A DNA stretch of 64,000 bases from an uncultured Gammaproteobacteria bacterium (GCA_964643435.1 CAZXPY010000003.1:20344-84343), one strand, 5' to 3'; counted from the stretch's first letter, positions 38,754-48,918 are shown. Numbers and translations: made by a program. Notes: generated by a model from the letters alone, not told the origin.

Positions 38754-39746
38754 TTGGTCGAGAAATGCCTACACGGGGATGATCCTGACGATTGTTTAAT
38801 TTGTGATTTACCTAAATCACCTAAACTTTCAGATCTTGAGGAAGAAATTATTAGGGGCTTACATGGAGAAGCTGAAGGCGCACCCGAAAAAGTTCCTCTT
38901 GAGTACAGCGAACTTCCTTCTGGTGTTGCCTTAATCGTTGATCTGGACAATTTTATTGCCAGCGCCAAACCAAAAGGTCTAAGACTTTCGGGCAAGGTTT
39001 TAACTGAAAAAGCCCGAAGCTTTGGTAAAGTTTTGCACGCTCACGCCTATAGCGACTTTACCCAAGTTGGTCAAGATATCGTCAAAGACCTTTATATCAA
39101 CGGTATAAGAATGATTCATTGCCCAAAGTTGCCTGTGGCCACTGAAAGCGGTGGGACCGATCTTAAAGACACGGTCGATCCGGTCTTCATCGAAGGCGTC
39201 CACACCCTCTTGTTTGACGAGAGGGTTGGTACTTTCATCTTTGCCGCTGGGGACAGAGATTATCTGCCAGCCTTAAACACGGTTCGACAGCAGGGTCGAA
39301 AAACCGTTGTGTTGCTACCAGGTCACGCCCACAGTCTCTTAAGAGCAAGAGCGGACGAAGTAGTGGATATCTTTGGTCCGCTAACAGCGGAAATTGACGA
39401 ACTCCCGGGAAGGTTTCTCCGGCTTACCCTTCCCGATATGAGGGAAGCTCTCCTCGCTGATTCCGACACTGCTTTTACCGTGGAATTCGTCGCCGATGTC
39501 TTCAAAGCAATAAAGCCCTTTCTTTCGCAAGCGGCCGCACTTGGTTACTTACAAATCGAAACAATTGTTTTGGCGAAAAGACGGGAGTTTCGCCACCAAC
39601 TACTTGGCGGAGAGCTGGACATCAAAAAGGCTCTCCAAGCCCTAGTTGACGGCGGGGTAATTATCCAAAACACAAAAAGAAAGGAAGTAAAATATTACGT
39701 AGTTAATTTGGAACACCCTTTTACCATCTTGGCAGAAGAGATCTAA
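38754..39746 (+). CDS. NYN-domain (LabA/DUF88) nuclease-like protein with N-terminal Cys/His motif and C-terminal extension
   Basis: VDLDN, KDTVD, AGDRDY, L...ADE; N-terminal CLHG-x5-CxxC; GAAAGGAG SD. Confidence 0.82.
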   Translation: MVEKCLHGDDPDDCLICDLPKSPKLSDLEEEIIRGLHGEAEGAPEKVPLEYSELPSGVALIVDLDNFIASAKPKGLRLSGKVLTEKARSFGKVLHAHAYSDFTQVGQDIVKDLYINGIRMIHCPKLPVATESGGTDLKDTVDPVFIEGVHTLLFDERVGTFIFAAGDRDYLPALNTVRQQGRKTVVLLPGHAHSLLRARADEVVDIFGPLTAEIDELPGRFLRLTLPDMREALLADSDTAFTVEFVADVFKAIKPFLSQAAALGYLQIETIVLAKRREFRHQLLGGELDIKKALQALVDGGVIIQNTKRKEVKYYVVNLEHPFTILAEEI

Positions 39747-39752
39747 GTTCTC

Positions 39753-39786
39753 AAAGCCATCCGGCCCTCGTCGGATGGCTTTTTTG
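39753..39786. terminator. Terminator between convergent genes
   Basis: AAAGCCATCCG/CGGATGGCTTT stem plus T-tract. Confidence 0.8.
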
Positions 39787-39789
39787 CTT

Positions 39790-40689
39790 CTAAAAAACCT
39801 CACCAACTTTGAAAAGAGTTTTTATTAAAGGGTTGTAGTATTTAGTAAAAGAGCCAATAAAAGTAACTTCTTCTCCGCCAAATCCGCGTTTAAAATGACT
39901 AAACCCCTGCCACCTTTTCGTGTAAGGAATTCGGCTATCTTCAATTCCTTCCAAATCTAGGATTTCGCAGCCTCTTTTTTTAGAAAGTCTTATTGTTTCC
40001 CAAAGTATAAGGTAAGAAGCGAAAAAATCTCTTTTCTGCGCACTAGAAGCAGCGTGAAGATAGTAAGAAATATTATCCCAAAAGAAAACCATCGCTGCCG
40101 CCAAAGGTTGGGTATTGGTATCTTTATGATAAGCAAAAAGCAAGGTAGCGGCATTTTCTTTAGAAAAAACCGCCCATTTTGTTCGCAATTCTTTTAAAGG
40201 ACCAATCCAAAAGCGGTTCCGCTTAGCGGTTTCTTGGTAAAGATCTAAAAAAGCTTCAAAATCCCCAGATTCTCGGACTTTTACTCCTTTTCTTATTGCA
40301 AGGTTTATTGAATATCTGGTATCTTTTTCCATTTTTTTTAGTAGTTCTTCTTCGGATACCTTTAAATCAATCTGAATTGTTTTGGTGTTGGTCAGAGCCC
40401 ACTTGTCTTGAGAGTATTGATTCCTCTTTAGGGGCGCATAAATTTTTTTATAATTGCCCGTATTATTAATTGGAAAATTTGGTTCTATTTTGACAAACAA
40501 AGCCTTATTTTCTTTAGCAATAATATCAATTTGACTAAAAGGTAAGGGGAGGTCTATTTTAGGAGCTTTAAGTATCGATCCGAAAAAAGATAAATTTTTT
40601 ATATAAATATAATTTTTAATTTCTTTAGCTTCCCAACCCAGCTTTTCTAAATACTGGGCCCAAAGCGGAGATTGGCGTAAATCAGCCAT
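39790..40689 (-). CDS. FemABX-family peptidoglycan bridge transferase
   Basis: QS..W, KIEP, TRYSINLAIRKGV, FKRGFGG. Confidence 0.88.
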   Translation of the reverse strand: MADLRQSPLWAQYLEKLGWEAKEIKNYIYIKNLSFFGSILKAPKIDLPLPFSQIDIIAKENKALFVKIEPNFPINNTGNYKKIYAPLKRNQYSQDKWALTNTKTIQIDLKVSEEELLKKMEKDTRYSINLAIRKGVKVRESGDFEAFLDLYQETAKRNRFWIGPLKELRTKWAVFSKENAATLLFAYHKDTNTQPLAAAMVFFWDNISYYLHAASSAQKRDFFASYLILWETIRLSKKRGCEILDLEGIEDSRIPYTKRWQGFSHFKRGFGGEEVTFIGSFTKYYNPLIKTLFKVGEVF

Positions 40690-40697
40690 TTTTTAGT

Positions 40698-41735
40698 TTA
40701 AAACCTCAAGGTTCGTAAGTATAGCCAACGGAGTTTATCAGCCCAATTAAATAATTTGTAGTAAAGCGGATCAAGCACTAAATCAAAAGTCCCTAAAAAA
40801 GAAACCTTTTTTGGTCCAAAACCTTCTTTAAAACGGGTGAAACCAAACCAAGGATCGGTCGGATTGCTCGAATCAGTTGCCCCCCAAAGATCAAATTGCC
40901 TACAGCCAAGACTTTTACCAAGTTTAACAGCCGCCCACATCAGGGCGTGCGAACCCATAAATGAGCGGTATTCATAATCCGAACCACCGTAAGGATAATA
41001 AAGAGTGTCACCGTATTTAAAAAGTAGCCAAGAAGCGATCGGTTTAGCAAGATTTGGAATGAAAGCAGAAAGCAGATAAACTTGACCCTGGGGCTTTAAA
41101 ATTTCCCAAAGCTGGTGATAATAGGCATCGGGGTGAACAAAAAACTTAGCCCTATCCGCGGTCATTTTTTGCAAAGCTAAAAAATAATCTAAATCTTTTT
41201 TTTCACCCTCTCTGACCACGACGCCCTTTCTAGTGGCTAATTTGATGTTATAGCGCCATTTTTCCCTCATTAGAGAAAGGATTTCTGTATCTTCCTTAGT
41301 TAGATCCAAAATTAAGGTAAAAGGCGCAAAAATATTTCGGGGACTTTTTAACAAACCTTCTTCGAATAAGACTTTAAGCCAATCTGAAGTACTTTCAGGG
41401 ACGTTTGGTTCGATCCTAACAAAACAGCAGTTTTCGGAAAGAGCCCCTTTTTTAATAGCGGAAATTATATTCGGCAAATATTTTTTTTCTGAACAGACCG
41501 GTCCCTTTGGACAATAAGCCACGTATTTAGGGGAGAAAGGTATTTTGTGAAGTGTGTATTGGCAAGAGGCAACAATTTTATCGTCTTGAAAAACAGCAAT
41601 TCTGGTTGCGGGGGTTCCAAAAGAACTTTTAAACTCTCCCCAATACCATCCTTGGACAATATGTGGGGTTGGAGAAGTTTTGACAAAATTATCCCAAAGG
41701 TTTTTTTCGGAAGGAGAAACTTCCCGAGTAACCAC
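40698..41735 (-). CDS. FemABX-family peptidoglycan bridge transferase
   Basis: Q...WGEFK, YCPKGP, KWRYNIKLA.RKGV, YPYGGS, FKEGFG. Confidence 0.9.
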   Translation of the reverse strand: MVTREVSPSEKNLWDNFVKTSPTPHIVQGWYWGEFKSSFGTPATRIAVFQDDKIVASCQYTLHKIPFSPKYVAYCPKGPVCSEKKYLPNIISAIKKGALSENCCFVRIEPNVPESTSDWLKVLFEEGLLKSPRNIFAPFTLILDLTKEDTEILSLMREKWRYNIKLATRKGVVVREGEKKDLDYFLALQKMTADRAKFFVHPDAYYHQLWEILKPQGQVYLLSAFIPNLAKPIASWLLFKYGDTLYYPYGGSDYEYRSFMGSHALMWAAVKLGKSLGCRQFDLWGATDSSNPTDPWFGFTRFKEGFGPKKVSFLGTFDLVLDPLYYKLFNWADKLRWLYLRTLRF

Positions 41736-41775
41736 TTTAGTTTACTATACACTAAAAAGAATTAGCCTTAAAGGT

Positions 41776-42537
41776 TTAAAGAGAAAGAAGATAAATATCT
41801 ACGTAGCGAGCCTTCCACCAACCTAACTTCAGATCATCAAATCCCAAGTCCACCACGGCCCCCTTAATAGCACCGCCAGTATCGCCAGCAACGGCAAAAC
41901 CATATCCGGGTATATAAATTTTCGTGCCTAAAGAAATCACTTTTGGATCCACGGCCACTACACCGTACCCTGCTTTTAAACCAGTAGCCGTAGTTTCGTT
42001 ACAACCGGGGCAGTTTTTATCATATGATGTTGCCCAGACAGTTAACTTTTTCCAATAGTTCACTATTTCTTGATTAGTTTGTAATTCCTTCCAGATAACT
42101 TTAGTTCCCTTTTTGATTACTTTTGGAATAGGGTTGGCAATTTTTTGGCTTATTATCTCTTGGGCAAATTTTTTACTTTGAAAAAAGGTAATTTTTATTG
42201 TTGACATTTTTTCACCTTCTCTTCCTTCATTAACGATAATAGATTCTCCAAGTTCAAGATTTCCGTCTTTGATCTCTTGAATTGGAGAAGGTATTGGTTC
42301 CCGCTTGGTAAGGAATTCGTAAGTGAAAGAAGAGGTTGTTTGGATAGTTATTGGTTGATTTAAAATAGAGCCGATTTCTTCACTGGCGACGGCTTCAGGA
42401 GTCAAAGAAATTCTAAAAACATTTAAAATAAAAAGAAATAAAAGAACTAAACCACCACTAGCTTGGAACTTAAGTTTGGGCAGGAGTTTTAGTAAAAACC
42501 CTCGGTAAAGGGGACGCACGTTTTTTAGCGTCCACAT
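41776..42537 (-). CDS. G5 + 3D domain cell-wall protein
   Basis: G5-like EGREG...P..KVI.KGT; 3D motif ATSY, TATG, VAVDP, DTGGAIKG...DL. Confidence 0.88.
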   Translation of the reverse strand: MWTLKNVRPLYRGFLLKLLPKLKFQASGGLVLLFLFILNVFRISLTPEAVASEEIGSILNQPITIQTTSSFTYEFLTKREPIPSPIQEIKDGNLELGESIIVNEGREGEKMSTIKITFFQSKKFAQEIISQKIANPIPKVIKKGTKVIWKELQTNQEIVNYWKKLTVWATSYDKNCPGCNETTATGLKAGYGVVAVDPKVISLGTKIYIPGYGFAVAGDTGGAIKGAVVDLGFDDLKLGWWKARYVDIYLLSL

Positions 42538-42563
42538 AGAATAGTGTTGATTATATCATAAAG

Positions 42564-44426
42564 TTAAAACCGGATCGGGATTATTAATTCTGCGGGTATT
42601 TCTAGGATAAATCTAGAAAGAATACCTTCTATTTTCGCTCCAAAATATAAACGCCGCCGGGCAAAAGAAAGATAGAGTTGTTCCTTAGCCCGCGTGATAC
42701 CAACAAAAGCAAGCCTGCGTTCCTCTTCTATTTCAAAAGAATCTCCTTGGGAATTTGAGTGAGGAAAAAGACCTTCTTCCATGCCAACCATAAATACAAC
42801 TGGAAACTCCAATCCTTTAGCGGCGTGGGCGGTCATTAGAGTAACTGCGTTTGGTTTGCGTTTTTCCAAGGAAGGTTTTGCTGGTCCGTATTCTCTTTCC
42901 ACCAGAGCAACGTTCTCCAAAAAATCGCTTATATGCGGAAATTCGGAAGCGACGCTACGGAGTTCCTTTACATTTTCAATTCTTGCCGCTCCCTCGGTAC
43001 TCCCATCATCAAGCCACGCTAGATATTTGGTTTGCGAAAGGACCAAATCAATTATTTCTAAACTAGTAAGTCCGCGGCTGTTTTCCCGCAGTTGCTCAAT
43101 AAATTTGTTAAAAGCATCTATCTTTTCGCCGAGCGTTTTTAAAGCGACAGGCCCAATACCGCGAGGCGGGACATTGATAATTCGTTTGTAAGAAACTTTA
43201 TCTTGCGAGTTTAATACTAGGCGTAAGTATGAGAGCACATCTTTTACTTCCCGGCGTTCGTAAAATCGGACACCGCCAACCAAAATATAGGGGATTCCTT
43301 CTCGAAGAAAAACCTCCTCAATTACTCGGGACTGGGCGTTAGTTCGGTAAAGTACGGCAAATGACTGGTAGGAAAAATTTTGGTTTGAAATTAATTTATT
43401 GATTACGCGACACAAAAAATCAGCCTCGTCTGTTTCGTTATTTGCTTCATAAAGAATAATTGGGGACCCTTCCGGGTTTTCTGTCCAAAGATTTAAAACA
43501 GGATGGGAGCGGTTTTTCGATATTATTTCAGTAGCGGCGGCCAGAATTTTTTTAGTAGACCGGTAGTTTTGGTCAAGGTTAAAAACTTTGGTTTCCGGGA
43601 AATCGGAAGAAAAATTTAAGATATTTCGAAAATCCGCGCCCCGCCAGCCGTATATGGCTTGAGAAGCATCGCCCACCACAAAAATATTATGGTGATTAGT
43701 TGCCAAAAGTTTGGAAAAAATATACTGGGCGTGGTTGGTGTCTTGATATTCATCCACCAAGATAAACTGCCAGCGAGTTTGGTATTTTTTTAAAATTTCT
43801 GGGTACTTTTCAAACAAAATCACTACTTTCATCAAGAGATCTTCGAAATCAGCGGCATTGTGTTCCTCCAGACCCTTTTGATAAAGATTGTAAACTCTGG
43901 CAACGATTTCTTGCTGGAAAAACCCTTGGGCAAGATTAGAATATTCTCTTACACCAATTAATTCGTTTTTGGCTGACTCAATAGCCCCCTTTATGGATCC
44001 TGGCGAAAACCTTTTTGGATCGATATTTAGTTGCCTCGTCACTTCTTTAATTAATGCTAATGAATCATCTTCGTCAAAAATTACAAATCCTTTTCCAAGA
44101 CCAAGATAACCACCGTCTTCCCGTAAGATTTTTGCTCCAAGCGAATGAAAAGTCCCTATCAATGGGTTTTCTAGTCGGTGATCAGTAGATCGTAAGCTCA
44201 ACAATTTAGCTACCCGTTCCTTCATTTCATTCGCCGCTTTGTTAGTAAAGGTAACGGCAAGGATTTCTTCTGGTGTAGTACCCTTTTCTTTAATAAGATA
44301 AGCGATTCGGTGGGTGATTATCCTGGTTTTTCCGCTGCCTGGTCCAGAAAGAACCAAAGCCGGTCCTTCGATATGGAAAACTGCTTCTTTTTGCTTCGCG
44401 TTTAGGTAAGAAAGGATATCTTCCAT
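42564..44426 (-). CDS. pcrA: ATP-dependent DNA helicase PcrA/UvrD
   Basis: GPGSGKT, TFTNKAA, VDEYQDTN, YRTNAQSR, HAAKGLEF, EERRL. Confidence 0.93.
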   Translation of the reverse strand: MEDILSYLNAKQKEAVFHIEGPALVLSGPGSGKTRIITHRIAYLIKEKGTTPEEILAVTFTNKAANEMKERVAKLLSLRSTDHRLENPLIGTFHSLGAKILREDGGYLGLGKGFVIFDEDDSLALIKEVTRQLNIDPKRFSPGSIKGAIESAKNELIGVREYSNLAQGFFQQEIVARVYNLYQKGLEEHNAADFEDLLMKVVILFEKYPEILKKYQTRWQFILVDEYQDTNHAQYIFSKLLATNHHNIFVVGDASQAIYGWRGADFRNILNFSSDFPETKVFNLDQNYRSTKKILAAATEIISKNRSHPVLNLWTENPEGSPIILYEANNETDEADFLCRVINKLISNQNFSYQSFAVLYRTNAQSRVIEEVFLREGIPYILVGGVRFYERREVKDVLSYLRLVLNSQDKVSYKRIINVPPRGIGPVALKTLGEKIDAFNKFIEQLRENSRGLTSLEIIDLVLSQTKYLAWLDDGSTEGAARIENVKELRSVASEFPHISDFLENVALVEREYGPAKPSLEKRKPNAVTLMTAHAAKGLEFPVVFMVGMEEGLFPHSNSQGDSFEIEEERRLAFVGITRAKEQLYLSFARRRLYFGAKIEGILSRFILEIPAELIIPIRF

Positions 44427-44494
44427 AGAAAAAAATTCTATCACACAAGTAACAACCGTTATGTTAATATATTTTTTGGAGGACTAGGAAATTT

Positions 44495-44770
44495 ATGAGC
44501 GTTGAGTTCTTGGATTTTTATGCAGATTGGTGTGGTCCGTGTATTATTATGGATCCAGTAATTGAAGAGATTAAAAAAGAGTATTCTGGGAAGGTTGAAA
44601 TTAGAAAAATTGATGTTGATAAAAATGAGGAAGAGCCGGCTAAGTATGGCGTGATGAGCATACCTACTTACATTCTCTTAAAGAATGGTAAGGAGGCTGA
44701 TAGAGTAGTTGGTGCCGTTCCGAAACAAGTACTAAAAAATAAAGTTGAGGCAGCCTTGCACGCTTCTTAA
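44495..44770 (+). CDS. trxA: Thioredoxin
   Basis: DFYADWCGPC, SIPT. Confidence 0.92.
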   Translation: MSVEFLDFYADWCGPCIIMDPVIEEIKKEYSGKVEIRKIDVDKNEEEPAKYGVMSIPTYILLKNGKEADRVVGAVPKQVLKNKVEAALHAS

Positions 44771-44831
44771 AACGCGATTTACTTCATTTCTCCTTCTTCC
44801 CTAAAATTTTCTGGGTGGTAAAATCATAAAG

Positions 44832-45836
44832 ATGAGATCTATTAAAAATGTAAGACTAGAAGGTAAAAAAGTCTTATTAAGAAGCGATTTTGACCTGCCA
44901 ATGAAAGATAAGGTTATTGAAGATGATACTAGGCTGAAAATATCTTCAAAAACAATTAAATTTGTTGAGAAGGCGGAAAAAGTAATTCTAATTGGCCACC
45001 TAGGAAGGCCTGCCTTTAATAAAGATAAATACTCACTCCAAATTATAAAAAAGCCGTTGCAGAAATTAATTAACGAAGAAATTTCTTTTAGTAGCTCTTA
45101 CGAAAAAATCCCGGAAGGAAAAACAATTTTGATAGAGAATCTAAGGTTTTTTCCAGGTGAGAAAGGGAATGATTTAGACTTTGCTAAAAAGCTAGCCTTT
45201 TTAGCGGATCTTTACGTGAATGATTGTTTTGCCGTCTCGCATCGAAACCATGCCTCGATTGTCGGTATTCCGAAGTTCCTCCCGTCCTATGCCGGGTTAA
45301 ATTTAGAAAAGGAAGTAGAAATTTTAGATCCCATCTTAAGAAATCCCCAAAGACCTTTAGTGGCTTTGATCGGTGGGGCGAAAATTGAGACCAAATTACC
45401 AATAATTGAAAATTTAGCTAAAATTTGTGATAGTGTTTTGATCGGCGGAAAGTTGCCTTTAGAAATTTTGAGTGGAAATTCTATTAGGCTGTTAAAAAAC
45501 GTCTTTATTGCTGATTTAAAGGAAAGAAAAGATATTAATGACAAAAGTATTAATCTATTTGTTAGTTTAATTAAAGGTGCTAAAACTATAGTTTGGAATG
45601 GGCCAATGGGAGTATTTGAGGAAGAAAAATTTTCAACTGGCACCAAAAAAATAGCCAAGTTAGTAGCAGAATCGGAAGCCTTTAGTATTGTTGGCGGAGG
45701 AGAAACTATTGCCGCCCTTGATTTTTTTGGCTATACTTCAAAAATTAAACACCTAAGTATGGGTGGTGGAGCAATGTTAGATTTTCTCGCTGGTAAAGAG
45801 TTACCAGGTTTAAAAGCCCTAGGTTATTATGAATAA
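44832..45836 (+). CDS. pgk: Phosphoglycerate kinase (compact)
   Basis: HLGRP, ENLRF, GGAK, WNGPMGVFE, GGGET, GGGA. Confidence 0.95.
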   Translation: MRSIKNVRLEGKKVLLRSDFDLPMKDKVIEDDTRLKISSKTIKFVEKAEKVILIGHLGRPAFNKDKYSLQIIKKPLQKLINEEISFSSSYEKIPEGKTILIENLRFFPGEKGNDLDFAKKLAFLADLYVNDCFAVSHRNHASIVGIPKFLPSYAGLNLEKEVEILDPILRNPQRPLVALIGGAKIETKLPIIENLAKICDSVLIGGKLPLEILSGNSIRLLKNVFIADLKERKDINDKSINLFVSLIKGAKTIVWNGPMGVFEEEKFSTGTKKIAKLVAESEAFSIVGGGETIAALDFFGYTSKIKHLSMGGGAMLDFLAGKELPGLKALGYYE

Positions 45837-46539
45837 CTTAATTTTTATAGCAAATTGGAAAGCCACAAAAACAGCCAAAGAGACGGTGGAATGGGTAAAA
45901 ATAGCTAAACCTCGTTTGGAAGAAGTCCAAAACGCAACCATTGTTGTTTGCCCTTCTTTTATTTTCGTCCCGACCTTAGCCCCCTTACTAGAGGGTACAA
46001 ATATAAAGATTGGAGCTCAAGATGTATCAAAATTTAAGAATGGTGCTTACACTGGCGAAGTTACGGTAGAGATGTTAAACAACTTGGTCGATTATTGCAT
46101 CATTGGTCATTCCGAACGACGAAAATATTTCGGGGAAACAGATGAAGACGTGATAAAAAAAGCAAATCTTTTGCTCGAAGTTAAAATTACCCCCATACTT
46201 TGTATTAGTAATCTTAACCAGCTAAACTCTTATATTGAAAAGGACACGTTAATTGTTGATCAGGCCGAGAAAATAATTTTTGTCTACGAACCACCCGAGG
46301 CGATTAGCGCTGGTAAGGACTATCGGGCGCAAGATCCTAAAGAAGTAGAGAATAATCTAAAAGAAATCAGCAGTAAAGTTGGAAAGAATACCACTATCTT
46401 ATACGGGGGGAGTGTTAATTTAGGTAACACCGTAAACCTTATAGATAAAGGGGGTGTAAAAGGATTTTTAATTGGCCAAGCGAGTACTGACCCCGTAATA
46501 TTTTCAGAAATTATTTCGACAGCTACAAAAAATCTCTAA
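45829..46539 (+). CDS. tpiA: Triosephosphate isomerase
   Basis: ANWK, GAYTGEV, GHSERR, YEP, YGGSV. Confidence 0.95.
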   Translation: MNNLIFIANWKATKTAKETVEWVKIAKPRLEEVQNATIVVCPSFIFVPTLAPLLEGTNIKIGAQDVSKFKNGAYTGEVTVEMLNNLVDYCIIGHSERRKYFGETDEDVIKKANLLLEVKITPILCISNLNQLNSYIEKDTLIVDQAEKIIFVYEPPEAISAGKDYRAQDPKEVENNLKEISSKVGKNTTILYGGSVNLGNTVNLIDKGGVKGFLIGQASTDPVIFSEIISTATKNL

Positions 46540-46554
46540 CGAAAAAGAATTTTT

Positions 46555-47709
46555 ATGCGCTACGTAGATTTAGGTTTAATAAAACAGAATAAACTTAGGT
46601 TTAAAAAGAAAAAAAGACTATTTAAAATCGGAATATTGGTATTGGGGTTTTTAATTATTTTTCTAATTTTTAAGATTGGGGTACCAAACGAACTGCTTCT
46701 ATTTATTAGAGGTGAGGATATTTCTTTAAAATCCACCAGCGGCAGGACTAATATTTTAATTTTAGGAATCGATAAGAGAAGTAGCGTTCCTTACACTGTG
46801 GAATCAAAAGACGGTTTGGTTAAGCACGTTGGGTTTTTAGCCGACACAATTATTTTACTTTCTATTAACCGAAATACTAAAGAAGCAACCTTAATATCTA
46901 TTCCTCGAGACTTATGGGTAAAAATTCCCGGTTGGGATAATGTTAGAACCCAAGAGGGAAAGATAAATTCTAGTTACTCTCTTGGAGAGAGATTTGATTA
47001 TCCGGGTGGGGGTCTAGCTCTGGTAAAACAAGTTACTTCAGAAAATCTTGGTGTTCCAGTTCATTATGGATTAAGAATAGATTTTAGTGGGTTCAGAAAA
47101 ATGATTAACACCTTAGGTGGTGTTGACGTTAATGTCGATAATTCTTTCGATGATTACAATTATCCAATCGAAGGGAAAGAAGACGATGATTGTGGGGGAG
47201 ATTCAGAATTCCGTTGCCGTTTTGAACATATAAGGTTCGAAAAGGGATTGAATAATATGAATGGAGAAACCGCTTTGAAATTTGTTCGTTCAAGAACGGG
47301 TATCAATAATGAGGGAAGTGATTTTGCTAGAGCGGCCCGTCAACAAAAGGTAATAATTGCAATAAGGGATAAAGCCCTATCTAAAGAGACGGTTTTTGAT
47401 CCCGGTAAAGTTGCAAAACTAATCAGTGATTTTGGGGAAACAATTGAGAGTGACATAAACGCAAGCGCCTTACCGGCTTTATTTAACTTATCTAAAGAAA
47501 TTTCCTTTGAAAGGATAAAAACCTTTGTTTTAGACAACAGTAGTGACGGGGTTCTTACTAATCCGCCAAAGGAAGATTACCAAGGACTTTACGTTCTTAT
47601 TCCCAAGGACAGAGATTGGAATAAACTAAGAGCGTTTGTTAAAGGGTTACTGGCAGGTTCGGTAGTTACTAAACCAACAGTCGGAGAAAAAGGAGAGAAA
47701 ATCGAATGA
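46555..47709 (+). CDS. LCP (LytR/CpsA/Psr) family protein
   Basis: NILILGID, DTI, SIPRD, KIN, RSR, DFARAARQQ. Confidence 0.92.
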   Translation: MRYVDLGLIKQNKLRFKKKKRLFKIGILVLGFLIIFLIFKIGVPNELLLFIRGEDISLKSTSGRTNILILGIDKRSSVPYTVESKDGLVKHVGFLADTIILLSINRNTKEATLISIPRDLWVKIPGWDNVRTQEGKINSSYSLGERFDYPGGGLALVKQVTSENLGVPVHYGLRIDFSGFRKMINTLGGVDVNVDNSFDDYNYPIEGKEDDDCGGDSEFRCRFEHIRFEKGLNNMNGETALKFVRSRTGINNEGSDFARAARQQKVIIAIRDKALSKETVFDPGKVAKLISDFGETIESDINASALPALFNLSKEISFERIKTFVLDNSSDGVLTNPPKEDYQGLYVLIPKDRDWNKLRAFVKGLLAGSVVTKPTVGEKGEKIE

Positions 47710-48362
47710 TTTATATATTTTGCGGCGAAGATATTGTGTCTTCAAGAAGATATTTAATTAAATTTAAACAAAATTATCAGGAGACGGCTAGCTTTGGCGA
47801 ATCTGATTTTAGTTTTGCAAGGTTAAACGAACTAATTAATAATCAAAGTTTATTTTCAGATAAGTTTCTAATAGTTTTTGAAAATCTAAAAAAACCCCTT
47901 GAGCAGATTTTAAAATCTAAAAAAACCCCTAAACTAGATTTTGTTTTTTGGTTTGATAAAAAAATAGAAGGAGTGAAAACCAACCCTTTGTTAAAAGTGA
48001 TTGAGTTTAAAATAACTAATTATCTTTCTGTTTTCAAAGTAGCCGATGCGTTTGGTGCCAAAAGAGGAGATCTAGCAATTAGATTTCTTGAGAAAATTTG
48101 GGAAAAGACCGAATTTGAAATTATTATTGGAACACTAACCCGACAGATACGTTTGATCCTTCTTTATAAAGAGGGAAGCCTTGAAAAACTCCCGATTAGT
48201 CCCTTTATAAAGGAAAAAATCAAAGAACAAGCAGGCAGGTGGGACATAAAAGAGCTAAAAAAAGCGGCTGAGGTTCTTCTAAATTTAGATTTTACTCTCA
48301 AGAGCCGAAAAATGGAACCAAAACTTGGGTTGAGCCTTTTTTTAAATACCTTTAGCGTTTAA
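47706..48362 (+). CDS. holA: DNA polymerase III delta subunit-like (compact)
   Basis: IY...GED, SLF, F...DA, C-terminal D..LK. Confidence 0.75.
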   Translation: MIYIFCGEDIVSSRRYLIKFKQNYQETASFGESDFSFARLNELINNQSLFSDKFLIVFENLKKPLEQILKSKKTPKLDFVFWFDKKIEGVKTNPLLKVIEFKITNYLSVFKVADAFGAKRGDLAIRFLEKIWEKTEFEIIIGTLTRQIRLILLYKEGSLEKLPISPFIKEKIKEQAGRWDIKELKKAAEVLLNLDFTLKSRKMEPKLGLSLFLNTFSV

Positions 48363-48918
48363 AGAAGAGCTGATAAAAGTGTGAGGGTGAATTCTTTGTA
48401 GAATAACCTTGGACCTGATTTGTTTTTCCGCTAGTTTGAGGCGAGTAAATAAGAGTTCTTACTGGTTCAAAAATATGTTTTTGGGAACCGGAATAAATTT
48501 TCTCGCCAGAAACAATTTTATAATAATATAAAGTGGTTGGATTTAAAGAAGTTAAAGTTATTACGTGAGAGCTTGTTTTAAAATCCTTGCCTCCCGACCC
48601 CGCGTTATTATCATAAGCAGTTCTTTCAAGGTTAGATAGATCAGTACCGTACAAAATAACGCCTTCAACTTCGCCTTGAGTCTCCCAACTTATTGTGAAC
48701 GAGATATCAGTTATGTTTGAAATTGAAACATTTCTCGGTTCTGATTCAGCTTTTGCTTTCAAAATTAGATTAGTTCCGTAAGGGAGAAAGGCAACAACCA
48801 AAATCAAACTGATTAAAATGATTAATAGGAAAGTTAGAGGACTAATTAAGTTCAAATTATTTTGAGGGATTTTTTCTCGTTTCGTTAATAGAGCAGCTAA
48901 CTTTTGATTAACGTTCAT
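48352..48918 (-). CDS. Membrane-anchored fibronectin type III protein
   Basis: TM then P.NV.ISNITD.S..ISW.T...YG...H...L.P.T.YYY. Confidence 0.8.
   Translation of the reverse strand: MNVNQKLAALLTKREKIPQNNLNLISPLTFLLIILISLILVVAFLPYGTNLILKAKAESEPRNVSISNITDISFTISWETQGEVEGVILYGTDLSNLERTAYDNNAGSGGKDFKTSSHVITLTSLNPTTLYYYKIVSGEKIYSGSQKHIFEPVRTLIYSPQTSGKTNQVQGYSTKNSPSHFYQLFFKR

Noticed and set aside
37030-39790. Integron cassette array
   Set aside because: No integrase and no RYYYAAC...GTTRRRY attC structure seen; units have their own promoters and terminators
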